From positions 13,199 through 77,198 of the forward strand of contig CALVOW010000003.1 of NCBI GenBank assembly GCA_944350445.1: 64,000 nucleotides of DNA, given 5' to 3'. The notes under the pieces are model-generated. The model was not told the DNA's origin and did not search any database. It saw only the letters and a list, made by a program, of their open reading frames with translations. Source of the DNA: an uncultured Bacilli bacterium (GTDB lineage Bacteria; Bacillota_I; Bacilli_A; RF39; UBA660). Below, in pieces: positions 1-9,413 of this stretch. Numbering within the stretch: position 1 is the first letter of the stretch; the number at the start of each line of letters is the position of its first letter. Position numbers and translations under genes: made by a program.

Positions 1-1245
1 TGTTGAAATTATACTAGTTGGTTGAGTATCTCCATGATGAGAAGCAATAGCATTTTGAACTTCTTCAGGCTCATGATATTTACGAGCTAAATCAACACCA
101 ATTTCTACATGGCTTCCCTCGATTTCATGATCAATTGATTTCCCAATATCATGCAATAAACCTGCTCGTTTGGCTAGTGTTACATTTTCACCTAACTCAC
201 CAGCTAAAAGACCAGATAATTCTGCAACTTCAATTGAATGCGTTAAAGCATTTTGACCATAACTAGTTCGAAAATGAAGTTTACCAATTAATTCAACTAA
301 TTTGGGTTCCATTTTTGTAAGGCCTAATTGAAATAAAGCATTATTACCATATTCAATTATTTTCTCACTCATTTCTTTACTGGTTTTATCATACAATTCT
401 TCAATTCTTGTTGGATGAATTCTGCCATCTTTAATAAGTGTTTCCAAGGTGATTCTAGCAATTTCTCGTCGAAGTGGATCAAAACTTGATAAAACGACGG
501 CTTCTGGTGTATCATCAATTATCAAATCAACTCCCGTTATCGCCTCAATGGTTCGAATATTTCTTCCTTCACGACCAATAATTCTTCCTTTCATTTCATC
601 ATTTGGCAAATTAACAACCGTGATAGTTTGCTCTTCCGCCACATCAGAAGCATATCTTTGCATAGCTAAAACCAACATTTCTCGTGCTTTTTTATCACAC
701 TCTAATTTAGTTTCATTTTCTCTTTCCTTAATATAATTAGCAATTTCTAAATTCATTGATTCCTGAACTTTTTCCATTACTAAAATTCTAGCTTCTTCAC
801 GTGATACACCTGATAAATTTTGCAATACTTTAATTTGTTCATTTTTAATTTCTTCAATTTTAGCTTGTTCTTCTAAAATAGCAGTTTGCTTCATCGTGAT
901 TTTTGATTCGCGTTCATCAAGAGCTTCTTCGCGTTTTTGAAACATTAAATCACGTTTATCCATATTACTTTCGCGTTGAGTTAAACGATTTTCAGATTCT
1001 TTTAATTCCATTTTTTTCTCTTTTAACTCACGTTCGGTTTCCATTTTTAACTTATATAACTCTTCTTTTGTTTCTAAAACCGAATCTCTTTTAATCTTCT
1101 CAGCTTCTTTTTTTGTTGTTTCTAAAATTTTTTCACTTTTTTTACTAATTGAGTTTCCACGTATATTATTTATTATAACAACAAGAAAAGAACCTACTAC
1201 TATTCCAATTACAACAAGCAAAATGAAAATAATAGTATTATTCAT
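1..1245 (-). CDS. rny: Ribonuclease Y (N-terminus complete; C-terminus runs off the window start)
   Basis: Not in the ORF track because no stop lies in the window. Minus-strand translation from ATG 1245-1243 (SD AGAGGG) gives the anchor [20 protein letters not shown], a K/E-rich coiled coil, the KH motif [16 protein letters not shown] and the HD motif [14 protein letters not shown]. Confidence 0.9.
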   Translation of the reverse strand, partial: MNNTIIFILLVVIGIVVGSFLVVIINNIRGNSISKKSEKILETTKKEAEKIKRDSVLETKEELYKLKMETERELKEKKMELKESENRLTQRESNMDKRDLMFQKREEALDERESKITMKQTAILEEQAKIEEIKNEQIKVLQNLSGVSREEARILVMEKVQESMNLEIANYIKERENETKLECDKKAREMLVLAMQRYASDVAEEQTITVVNLPNDEMKGRIIGREGRNIRTIEAITGVDLIIDDTPEAVVLSSFDPLRREIARITLETLIKDGRIHPTRIEELYDKTSKEMSEKIIEYGNNALFQLGLTKMEPKLVELIGKLHFRTSYGQNALTHSIEVAELSGLLAGELGENVTLAKRAGLLHDIGKSIDHEIEGSHVEIGVDLARKYHEPEEVQNAIASHHGDTQPTSIIST

Positions 1246-1612
1246 TTTCCCTCTTTCTAGTATTATTCTAAATAGCAATCCCCGTAATACCCCGGTTTAG
1301 CACTATGTCTTAAATTATAAAAAACAATCTATATATAAAAAAATATAAAACATAACATCTAATCTAATTTTAAGTTCTTTTTAAAGTTATGTCAACATTT
1401 TTTTCATAAGTAAAAATTCTATAAAAACCTAAAAAAATAGTATTTACAACCAATCTAATCCTTTTTTTTAAATAAAAAATAAAAATTAAAACATCACTTA
1501 TAAAAACAAGTTTTACTTTAAAAATTTACATTTAATACACAAATTAGTCTTTTCAGATAAAATTAGTAGAAAAAAATTAAAAAATATAGTATAATTTAGT
1601 GTAGGTGGTGAG

Positions 1613-2182
1613 ATGAATTATCCAAATGGTATAAAAAAAGAAGTAAGCCAAAAAATAGTTACATATAAAAATCGCGGTATGTCACTAGAAAAAGATTTAA
1701 ATGATACTAATAAATATTATATAGAAAAAGGTCTTGCTTATATTTATAAAAAACCTACCCCAATTAAAGTAGTAAAAGCAATAACTAATGAAATGGGAAA
1801 CAGAGTAATCAAAGAAGCTTATTATGATGAACCATCAACAACTGATTACAATGGAATTTATAAAGGAAAATACATTGATTATGAAGCCAAGGAAACGAAA
1901 AACAAAACATGTTTTCCCCTTTCTAATATTCATAAACATCAAATAAAACATCTACGAAATATTCAAAAAGAAGGGGGAATTTGCTTTTTAATTATTCGTT
2001 TTACTACTCTTAACAAAACCTATTTTCTAAAAGCAAGCGATCTTCTTGATTATATAGATACAGAAAAAAAGAAAAGTATTCCACTTGATTATATTAATAA
2101 AAATGGCTATTTAATAAAAGAAAAATTATTTAAAATAGTGGATTACTTAGAAATTATTGATAAATTATGGAGGTTATCATGA
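1613..2182 (+). CDS. recU: Holliday junction resolvase RecU
   Basis: 189 aa with RecU-like sequence (NRGMSLEKDLN, TDYNGIYKGKYIDYEAKETK, NIHKHQIKHL). SD AGGTGGTGA. Conserved recU-ponA pairing with an ATGA stop/start overlap. Confidence 0.85.
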   Translation: MNYPNGIKKEVSQKIVTYKNRGMSLEKDLNDTNKYYIEKGLAYIYKKPTPIKVVKAITNEMGNRVIKEAYYDEPSTTDYNGIYKGKYIDYEAKETKNKTCFPLSNIHKHQIKHLRNIQKEGGICFLIIRFTTLNKTYFLKASDLLDYIDTEKKKSIPLDYINKNGYLIKEKLFKIVDYLEIIDKLWRLS

Positions 2183-4995
2183 ATAAAAAAAATAAAAAAA
2201 CAAAAACTAAAACTAAAACAAAAGTAAATACAAAAAAAGAAAAATCAGAAATAAAATTAAGTAAACCTTTTATTATTACTATTTTAATTATTTTAATAAT
2301 TACTATTGCTTCTTATTTCTTATTTGGAATTGAAGCTGCTATTATTCTTTTTATTGGAATTAGTATTATTCTTCTAATTGCAAGAATTTTAGATTCTACT
2401 TCGAAAAAGAAAAAGCAAAGAAAAATTTTAAAAACTTTCCTAATTATCTTTTTAGTCTTAGGAATTGTTGGTGTAATTGGTGTTGGAGCTTTTTTAGTGT
2501 ATGTTGTAAGTACAGCTCCAGAATTTGATACTAGCCTATTAAAAGAAAAACAATCAACTATTTTATATGATAGCGATGGAAACGAATTTGCGAAACTTGG
2601 AAGTCAAATACGTGAAAATATAGAATACGATGATTTACCAGAAATATTTATAGATGCTTTAATTGCAACGGAAGATTCAAGATTTTTCCAACATAATGGA
2701 CTTGATTTAGCAAGATTTTCCAAAGCAGCTGTTCAACAATTACTTGGAAATGATGATGCTGGTGGTGGATCAACTATCTCAATGCAAGTTATAAAAAATA
2801 GTTTCACCGATACAACTAATACTGGTATAAAAGGATTAATTCGAAAATTTACGGATATTTATCTTGCGGTTTTTAAATTAGAAAAAAATTATACCAAAGA
2901 ACAAATCATTGAATTTTATGTAAATAACCATAATTTAGGTGGGGCTTGGGGAGTTGAAGAAGCTAGTAAATATTATTTTGGAAAATCAGCCAAAGATATG
3001 AACTTAGCTGAAGCTGCCCTACTTGCTGGAATGTATCAAGCACCTGGTACTTATAATCCATACAAAAATCCAGATAAAGCCGAAGAACGCCGTTCTACTG
3101 TTTTAAATTTAATGGTAAGACATGGATATATCACAAGAGAAGAAGCCGATCTCGCTAATAGTATTCCTGTTACTTCCCTTTTAACATATAGTTCAAATAA
3201 TCAAAGTGAATATCAAGGTTATATTGATACCTTAGTTGATGAAATAGAAGAAAAATATGGGTTAAATCCATTACAAACATCAATGTTAATTTATACTAAT
3301 ATGGATCGTGAAAAACAAGATGCTTTAAATGATGTTGCAAATGGAAAATCTTACACTTGGATAAACGATTATGTTCAAACCGGAATTGTTGCTGTTGATT
3401 CAGAAACTGGAAAAGTTGAAGCTTTAATTGCAGCACGTAATTATAATGGAGAAAAATTATATAATTTTACAACTGATATTAATAGACAAATTGGATCAAC
3501 GGCTAAACCATTATTTGATTATGCTCCAGGAATTGAATATAATAACTGGTCAACTTATACATTATTTGATGACTCACCTTATACCTATTCTGATGGAACA
3601 CCTATTAGAAACTATGATAGTTCTTACAAAGGTTTAATTACTCTTCGTTATGCTCTATCTGATTCAAGAAATATACCAGCTTTAAAAGCTTTTCAACAAG
3701 TTGATAAGAAAAAAATCATTGAACTAGTTACTAGTGTTGGTATTACACCAGAAATTAGTGGTAATACAATCCATGAAGCTCATGCGATTGGTTCATTCAA
3801 TGGTTCGAATCCAATGGAAATGGCAGGTGCTTATCAAATATTCTCAAATGGTGGTAATTATACAGAACCTTATTTAGTTTCCAAAATCGTTTTAAGAACA
3901 ACGGGAGAAGTAATTGAAAATGAAAATGAAACCAAAAGAATTATTAGTGATTCAACTTCTTATATGATTGCCGATGTTTTAAAAGATGTTGTAACTTGGC
4001 GAATGAGAAGTTCGAAATATAATATTACTGATAACTTTGCTGTTAAAACCGGAACTACTAACTATCCTTCAGATACATGGGATAAATATCCAGGTCTTGC
4101 TAGTGATGCTATTAGCGATTGCTGGGTAATCGGATTTACTAATAAAACGGTTGTTTCAATTTGGTATGGTTACGATTCATTAGATAAAGAGCATTTAGAT
4201 AGAGTTTTACATTGGTATCCAGCTATCCGTCAAAGAGAAGATTTATTTAATGCTGTTGCTAATGCCGTATTTGATCATGATGGTACCGATTTTGAAATGC
4301 CAAGTAGTGTTGTTGAAGTTGGAGTTGAAGTTGGAACTAATCCGCCAATGCTACCAAGTGCAAGTACTCCTCAAGATAAAATTGTATATGAGTTATTTAA
4401 AAAAGGAACTGAGCCAACTGAAATTTCTAGTACCTACTCAAAATTAGATACTCCAAGTAATTTTAGTGTAAATTATAGTAATAATAAAGTAGAACTTTCA
4501 TGGAACAGAGTCAATGATCCTGGTTATGTTCCAGATGGTGTTTTTGGATATTATGTATACTTTAATAATACTTTATTAGGTTTTACAACAAAAACAAGTT
4601 ATACAATTGATGATCAAAGCTCTTATCTAGGTACCTATTCAGTTCGAGCTGGTTATAAGGACACTGAAACTAGTATGTCTGATCCTACTAGTCAAACTTT
4701 ACAAGAAGAAGTTTCCTATGAACTAGCATTAAAAAATAGTAATACAACTTATTTAAATATTGGTGATGCAATTGATAGTTCACTTTATAATGGTAGTTTA
4801 GTTGTTTTGAAAGAAAATGGTAAAAACTCTAATCGAGATATTTCATCTTATTTAACTATTACAGTTACTAATAGTAGTGGTGATGTGGTAACAACTATCA
4901 GTAGTGAATCCCCAGAAACATATACAATAACTTATACTATTAACTACAATGGATTTAATGACAGTATAAGTAATAAAATTGTAATTAGAAGTTAA
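2179..4995 (+). CDS. ponA: Bifunctional class A penicillin-binding protein (PBP1A type) with a long C-terminal extension
   Basis: N-terminal TM segment, GT51 motifs EDSRFFQHNGLD and GGSTISMQ, and transpeptidase motifs STAK, SRN and KTGTT. Start moved to ATG 2179 (SD GGAGG, overlaps the recU TGA). The last ~250 aa are extra and include an Fn3-like stretch. Confidence 0.9.
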   Translation: MNKKNKKTKTKTKTKVNTKKEKSEIKLSKPFIITILIILIITIASYFLFGIEAAIILFIGISIILLIARILDSTSKKKKQRKILKTFLIIFLVLGIVGVIGVGAFLVYVVSTAPEFDTSLLKEKQSTILYDSDGNEFAKLGSQIRENIEYDDLPEIFIDALIATEDSRFFQHNGLDLARFSKAAVQQLLGNDDAGGGSTISMQVIKNSFTDTTNTGIKGLIRKFTDIYLAVFKLEKNYTKEQIIEFYVNNHNLGGAWGVEEASKYYFGKSAKDMNLAEAALLAGMYQAPGTYNPYKNPDKAEERRSTVLNLMVRHGYITREEADLANSIPVTSLLTYSSNNQSEYQGYIDTLVDEIEEKYGLNPLQTSMLIYTNMDREKQDALNDVANGKSYTWINDYVQTGIVAVDSETGKVEALIAARNYNGEKLYNFTTDINRQIGSTAKPLFDYAPGIEYNNWSTYTLFDDSPYTYSDGTPIRNYDSSYKGLITLRYALSDSRNIPALKAFQQVDKKKIIELVTSVGITPEISGNTIHEAHAIGSFNGSNPMEMAGAYQIFSNGGNYTEPYLVSKIVLRTTGEVIENENETKRIISDSTSYMIADVLKDVVTWRMRSSKYNITDNFAVKTGTTNYPSDTWDKYPGLASDAISDCWVIGFTNKTVVSIWYGYDSLDKEHLDRVLHWYPAIRQREDLFNAVANAVFDHDGTDFEMPSSVVEVGVEVGTNPPMLPSASTPQDKIVYELFKKGTEPTEISSTYSKLDTPSNFSVNYSNNKVELSWNRVNDPGYVPDGVFGYYVYFNNTLLGFTTKTSYTIDDQSSYLGTYSVRAGYKDTETSMSDPTSQTLQEEVSYELALKNSNTTYLNIGDAIDSSLYNGSLVVLKENGKNSNRDISSYLTITVTNSSGDVVTTISSESPETYTITYTINYNGFNDSISNKIVIRS

Positions 4996-4998
4996 ATT

Positions 4999-5028
4999 AA
5001 AAGGAATGACATTTGCTCATTCCTTTTT
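4999..5028. terminator. Bidirectional intrinsic terminator between convergent ponA and rbgA
   Basis: Inverted repeat aaaaggaatga / tcattcctttt with a 7-nt loop and T-runs on both strands. The right arm overlaps the rbgA stop. Confidence 0.6.
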
Positions 5029-5925
5029 GTTATCTATATTATCAAAAGTTACATTTTTTATTCGTCCTTCTTTTAAATCATTTAAAATAATTGTATAAAC
5101 TTTATCATAATCAATTAAATTTCCTTTTTTATAAGAACTTGTATTTTTAGCAATATTTGTAAATAAATTTTCTAAATTAAATTCTATATCCTTATCAAGT
5201 TGATACCTTTCAATTAAAATTTCCTTATAATTTTGATATAAATACGTTAAAACATAAGTTGCAATCTCTTCTTTATCTAAAATATCTTCATTAATAGAAG
5301 AAAAACAGGCTAAATTTAAACCAACTTCATATGATAAAATTTTTGGATATAAAATACCTGGAGTATCTAAAAGTTCAATAGTATTGCCTATTCTAACCCA
5401 ACTAATTCCTTTGGTAATACCAGCTCTATTTCCGGTTTTTAAAGTATTTTTTCGACTAATTCGATTAATTAAAGTACTCTTTCCAACATTAGGAGCTCCA
5501 ACTACCAAAGCTCGAAAAAGTCGAGGTTTTAAACCTTTTTTCTTTCTTTCTAGATTAATATTTTCTAATAACTTATTGGTTAAATTTAATAAATTTTCTA
5601 TCTCCGTATATTTACCATTTTTTAAATCTAAGACAACAACAGGATATTTCTTTTTATACTCGAAAAGAATCCTATCGGTCTTTTTTTTATCACATAAATC
5701 ATATTTCGTAACTAATAAAATTCTTTTTTTATCTTGAATTAAATCATCTAAATCAATTACTTTTGAAGATATTGGCATTCTTGCATCTATTACTTCATAG
5801 ACAATATCTATTAAAGATAATTTTTCTTTAATTTCTCTTTTAGCTTTTACCATGTGACCCGGATACCAGTTAATGGAAGAAGAAGAAAAACTTTTTTCAG
5901 ATTTATTTGAGTCATTTTTTTTCAT
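5017..5925 (-). CDS. rbgA: Ribosome biogenesis GTPase A (YlqF/RbgA)
   Basis: WYPGHMVKAKREIKE, circularly permuted GTPase motifs (TKYDL ... GAPNVGKSTLIN ... DTPG). Start moved to the internal ATG (MKKNDSNK) behind SD GAAAGGAAAG. Confidence 0.85.
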   Translation of the reverse strand: MKKNDSNKSEKSFSSSSINWYPGHMVKAKREIKEKLSLIDIVYEVIDARMPISSKVIDLDDLIQDKKRILLVTKYDLCDKKKTDRILFEYKKKYPVVVLDLKNGKYTEIENLLNLTNKLLENINLERKKKGLKPRLFRALVVGAPNVGKSTLINRISRKNTLKTGNRAGITKGISWVRIGNTIELLDTPGILYPKILSYEVGLNLACFSSINEDILDKEEIATYVLTYLYQNYKEILIERYQLDKDIEFNLENLFTNIAKNTSSYKKGNLIDYDKVYTIILNDLKEGRIKNVTFDNIDNKKE

Positions 5926-6008
5926 AAATATACTTTCCTTTCTGAATTTATAATTTACATACATTTTATTTACTTTCTACTCAATAGTGTAATTTATCGT
6001 TAATAACA

Positions 6009-6356
6009 TTATTTAAATTTTCTGTTTAAATATATTTCAACAAAAATTATTGGAATAATCATTATTATAATTTCAATTCCAATGCAAACTGAAAAAATTA
6101 AAATTATATTTCTTGAACTGTTAAATAATAAAATTATACTAGCAGAAATTAATAATAATAGTAACCCAATAATCAACCATATTTTTCCCATTAATTTATT
6201 GGCATATTTCCAAATTTTATCGTTTTTTAATGTAATTAAAGTTCGATAGCCCACCATATAATTTCTTTTCATTGGACATTTATACATTAATATTCCACAA
6301 AGTATCATAACTATTGGTAATAACAAAATTGAATAAATAATCATTCGTTTCCTCAC
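6009..6356 (-). CDS. SdpI/YhfL-family small membrane protein
   Basis: 115 aa with several TM segments and the family-like N..VGYRT..........W..AN pattern. Confidence 0.45.
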   Translation of the reverse strand: MRKRMIIYSILLLPIVMILCGILMYKCPMKRNYMVGYRTLITLKNDKIWKYANKLMGKIWLIIGLLLLLISASIILLFNSSRNIILIFSVCIGIEIIIMIIPIIFVEIYLNRKFK

Positions 6357-6376
6357 TTATAAATTATTATTTGAAT

Positions 6377-7036
6377 TTATTTTAGTCTATTATATTCTTC
6401 AACTAAAAATTCACTTATATCTTCTATATAATGAACTTCCATAATTTTTCTTAATAATAGTTCATTATAGGTTGCATTTTTATTATTAAATATTTCTATT
6501 TGGCTAATTCTAAATATTTTATTTGTTTTGGTTAATACATTATTTCTCAGCACTTCATCATTACTTATTAATAGTGCATTATAACTTGCAAATCTTTTTA
6601 AGCATCCTTGATTAAACTCATTATACATCTCAAAATTTAATTTTTCTAATTCTTTGCTAGTAATATACTCTTTTTCCCTATATTTTCGAATAGGGTTAGT
6701 ATTAGTATATAATGTTCCGTCATCTGTATATTCTAAATAGCACATTCTTACATCAGCAACTAATAAATTTAAAACTGATTCATACTCATCATCTTCAATA
6801 TCAAAATCCTTTAAAATCCACCAATCAAAACTTTCATTAGAATCTGTTATTGATTCCATATTATTTTTTATTATAGCAATACTATCATCATAAGTAGTCC
6901 ATATCTGATTTGCTAATTGTATATCTATTTTTTTGTCATAATTTTTATATACTGTTATTGATAAAAAACTAGATAATGCTATTAATATCAAAGCCATTAT
7001 AATAACTATATATTTATTTTTATATATTTTTTTCAT
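6377..7036 (-). CDS. Hypothetical membrane-anchored protein
   Basis: One N-terminal TM (IVIIMALILIALSSFLSI); no recognisable family. Start moved to ATG behind SD GGAGGA. Confidence 0.5.
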   Translation of the reverse strand: MKKIYKNKYIVIIMALILIALSSFLSITVYKNYDKKIDIQLANQIWTTYDDSIAIIKNNMESITDSNESFDWWILKDFDIEDDEYESVLNLLVADVRMCYLEYTDDGTLYTNTNPIRKYREKEYITSKELEKLNFEMYNEFNQGCLKRFASYNALLISNDEVLRNNVLTKTNKIFRISQIEIFNNKNATYNELLLRKIMEVHYIEDISEFLVEEYNRLK

Positions 7037-7101
7037 ATAATCCTCCACACAAACAAATTATTATTTGTTTTTCAATTAATTAATATAACTTATATTTACT
7101 T

Positions 7102-7629
7102 TTATATTTCACTAATTATTTTGTCTAAACTAGAAAAATCAATAAAATTAACCTTTTTGTTATATGTTTCTATAACTGCTCTATCTTCAGTTGTTTGTTT
7201 TTCTTCCGGTAAATTTTTAACTGCATTATAAAGTAATTTCATCATAGTTTTATGAACAAAGCTTAATTTTGAATAATCTATTCCACCTCTTAAATGGAAT
7301 ATTTTGGCTTTTTCAAAAATTTCTTTTGATATCTGATTTTTTATATTATTTCTTATGTTATTTTTATTTATTTCATCTCTCGGATCTGAAAGACCAACTG
7401 TTGCAATAATAATCTTTTTGCTTGAAATATTATTTAATTTTTTTAGTGTTTTTGACATTCCCAATACTCCCCCAGCATACAAGCCACCTAAATAAATAAT
7501 GTTATCATAATTATTTATTTCTTGCACATTTTTAAAAGAAATTGCTTCTATATTAGTTTTTCTTGAAAGTTCTTTGGCATATTGTTTGGTTGTTCCATAA
7601 TGGGAACCATATATTATAATATTACTCAT
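7102..7629 (-). CDS. Flavodoxin-domain protein
   Basis: IIIYGSHYGTTKQYAKEL N-terminus and GGLYAGG motif typical of flavodoxin-like proteins. Start moved to ATG behind SD GGAGA. Confidence 0.65.
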   Translation of the reverse strand: MSNIIIYGSHYGTTKQYAKELSRKTNIEAISFKNVQEINNYDNIIYLGGLYAGGVLGMSKTLKKLNNISSKKIIIATVGLSDPRDEINKNNIRNNIKNQISKEIFEKAKIFHLRGGIDYSKLSFVHKTMMKLLYNAVKNLPEEKQTTEDRAVIETYNKKVNFIDFSSLDKIISEI

Positions 7630-7829
7630 AATAATCTCCATTTTATATTTTTTTAACTACTAGAATTGCTTTTGTATTACCTGTAATTGACATGAAACTA
7701 ATTCATATCCATCTTGATCTTGTAACATTTCGTTTGCTTTTTTTACTTTTTGTGCCATCATCTGTCTTTGGTAAATATTTTATAGTAACTGTTTTATACA
7801 GCTTACCACCTCCAAATTTTCTTAAAAAT

Positions 7830-8024
7830 TTATTTTTTCTCTCTTGCTATATAAATAATTGATATTATTATTCCCATAAAATTGATTCCTACCGATAATC
7901 CTAATAATAGTCCATTTGTAAATTCCCCGAACGAACTTGTTTCATTACCAGTAAAAAATATATATGATAAATATAATATATTTCCTAAAATTATTAAGAA
8001 AATTCCCATTTTTAGTTTATTCAT
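7830..8024 (-). CDS. Small two-TM membrane protein, unknown function
   Basis: 64 aa, two hydrophobic helices; no family recognised. Confidence 0.4.
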   Translation of the reverse strand: MNKLKMGIFLIILGNILYLSYIFFTGNETSSFGEFTNGLLLGLSVGINFMGIIISIIYIAREKK

Positions 8025-8145
8025 TTTAAATTTCTCCTTTCCTATAAGTTATAGCATTTTAGTTATATATAATGCTTGGCATAATTGCAAAAATCTTCAA
8101 TTTTCTTCTTCTCATCTAATTACCACTTTAAAAACAATTTATTAT

Positions 8146-8490
8146 TCATCTAATAGGTAAATAATTTATTTTTGCCTCCTCATCCATAGCTTCTAATTTC
8201 ATAATCACTGGACGTAGACCATCGTTACAACTGCATATTGCCACATTTGGTTTGTCTATCCAATCCCCATAATAAAACAATGTTTTGTCAGCGCCATGAG
8301 CCAAAGCAAAAGCATATTGATATATAGCTTTCCATGCTTCATCACAAAATCCTTCTGGTTTAGAATAATCAGCGTAAAAAATTTGTCCTTCTTTCATCAT
8401 CGGACAGACTTTTAAATCTTTTACACCGTATTCTTCTGCTAACTCTTTGTTTAACATCGTTTTTAGTATTGTAATTCTTACTTTTTTCAT
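8146..8490 (-). CDS. TIGR04076-family protein
   Basis: About 114 aa with the pattern I associate with this family: KVCPMMKEGQ, KPEGFCDEAW, CSCNDGLRPVIMKLE. Confidence 0.6.
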   Translation of the reverse strand: MKKVRITILKTMLNKELAEEYGVKDLKVCPMMKEGQIFYADYSKPEGFCDEAWKAIYQYAFALAHGADKTLFYYGDWIDKPNVAICSCNDGLRPVIMKLEAMDEEAKINYLPIR

Positions 8491-8559
8491 TTATCCACTC
8501 CTCTACAAGCTTACTATTTATTTAGTTCTTCTTTTAAATTTTTCATATATCTTTTTTGC

Positions 8560-9087
8560 TTAAATTAAATTAGTATTTATTTTTCTCTTAAATTGACTTT
8601 TATACCATTTATTAAGTTGTCGTCTTGTTTTAAATATAAAAATTTTTTTCTTATCAACATTTTTAATATTTTCAATAATGATTTGTCTTTTCTTTTTTCG
8701 CCAATTAACTACCCACCAAAAAAAACGCCAATCCATTTTTTCCTTACAACCAGGTATTTCTTTTTTTTCCTTGCCATGATTTTTTATAAATCTTATAAAA
8801 ATACTTTTTATTTGGACAATAGTAGAATAATCTAAATAAATTATGTAATCTGATTTATCTATACGTTGTTTTAATGTTGAAAGATATGTTCCATCTATAA
8901 TCCATCTATCTTCATTTATTTTTTTTAAAATAATTTTATCTCGTTCACCTTTATCACGTTCTTGCCAATTATCTAAATAATTTATTCCATCAATATGATA
9001 AACAGGTAAATTTAATTGTTTTCCTAAATTATTAGCTAATGTTGTTTTTCCAGTTCCGCTACCCCCAATTATAGATATACGATTCAT
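8560..9087 (-). CDS. P-loop kinase-like protein (topology modulation / adenylate-kinase-like family)
   Basis: MNRISIIGGSGTGKTTLANNLG Walker A at the N-terminus. Start moved to ATG behind SD AAAGGTGA. Confidence 0.6.
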   Translation of the reverse strand: MNRISIIGGSGTGKTTLANNLGKQLNLPVYHIDGINYLDNWQERDKGERDKIILKKINEDRWIIDGTYLSTLKQRIDKSDYIIYLDYSTIVQIKSIFIRFIKNHGKEKKEIPGCKEKMDWRFFWWVVNWRKKKRQIIIENIKNVDKKKIFIFKTRRQLNKWYKSQFKRKINTNLI

Positions 9088-9413
9088 AATTATCACCTTT
9101 TTGAGCATGTACCAATAAATTATTAACTAATAACAATATATAATTAATAAATATAGTTGATACTTAATAAAGTATAAAAATAATAGAAATCATTTTCTCT
9201 TTTTATTATAGCAAATTTCAAACAAAAAATCTTAAATTTAAAAAATAAAAGTCAATAATTAGATTATTATATATTTTTAAGACTTCTAAACTTAAAAGTT
9301 TTGTATATTATAAATTTTGGATGTATAGATAGTTACACAATAAAAATTTAGAGAATTAATTTTCTTTGAATTTAAAATAATTTAAGTTATAATGTATATA
9401 GGAGTAGTGATTT

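Noticed and set aside
449-1094. Plus-strand ORFs 449-736 and 903-1094 from the track
   Set aside because: They lie antisense inside the well-supported rny gene (KH and HD motifs on the minus strand). Their sequence is low-complexity and they have no SD.
1246-1612. Long (367 nt) rny/recU divergent intergenic region, examined for a riboswitch or sRNA
   Set aside because: I could only see A/T-rich sequence and a probable recU -10 box (TAGTATAAT). There is no conserved riboswitch core or convincing hairpin-plus-U-tract.
2185-2240. Short (aaaact)n-like microsatellite encoding KTKTKTKTK at the ponA N-terminus
   Set aside because: There are only about three units, in frame, within a Lys-rich cytoplasmic tail. 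There is no evidence of phase-variable function.
3428-4447. ORFs 3428-3637(+) and 4250-4447(+)
   Set aside because: These are alternative frames inside ponA with L/I/M-rich nonsense composition typical of off-frame AT-rich DNA.
5384-5737. 117-aa plus-strand ORF
   Set aside because: It is antisense to rbgA, whose GTPase motifs are clear.
7882-8835. ORFs 7882-8160(+) and 8593-8835(+)
   Set aside because: They are antisense to, or bridge, better-supported minus-strand genes. No SD, and the composition is low-complexity.
9088-9413. Long AT-rich divergent intergenic region, examined for repeats, CRISPR or an ncRNA
   Set aside because: There are no direct repeats with spacers and no recognisable RNA motif. 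It most likely holds two divergent promoters (for example TTGAAT-N16-TATAAT before the DUF2207 gene).
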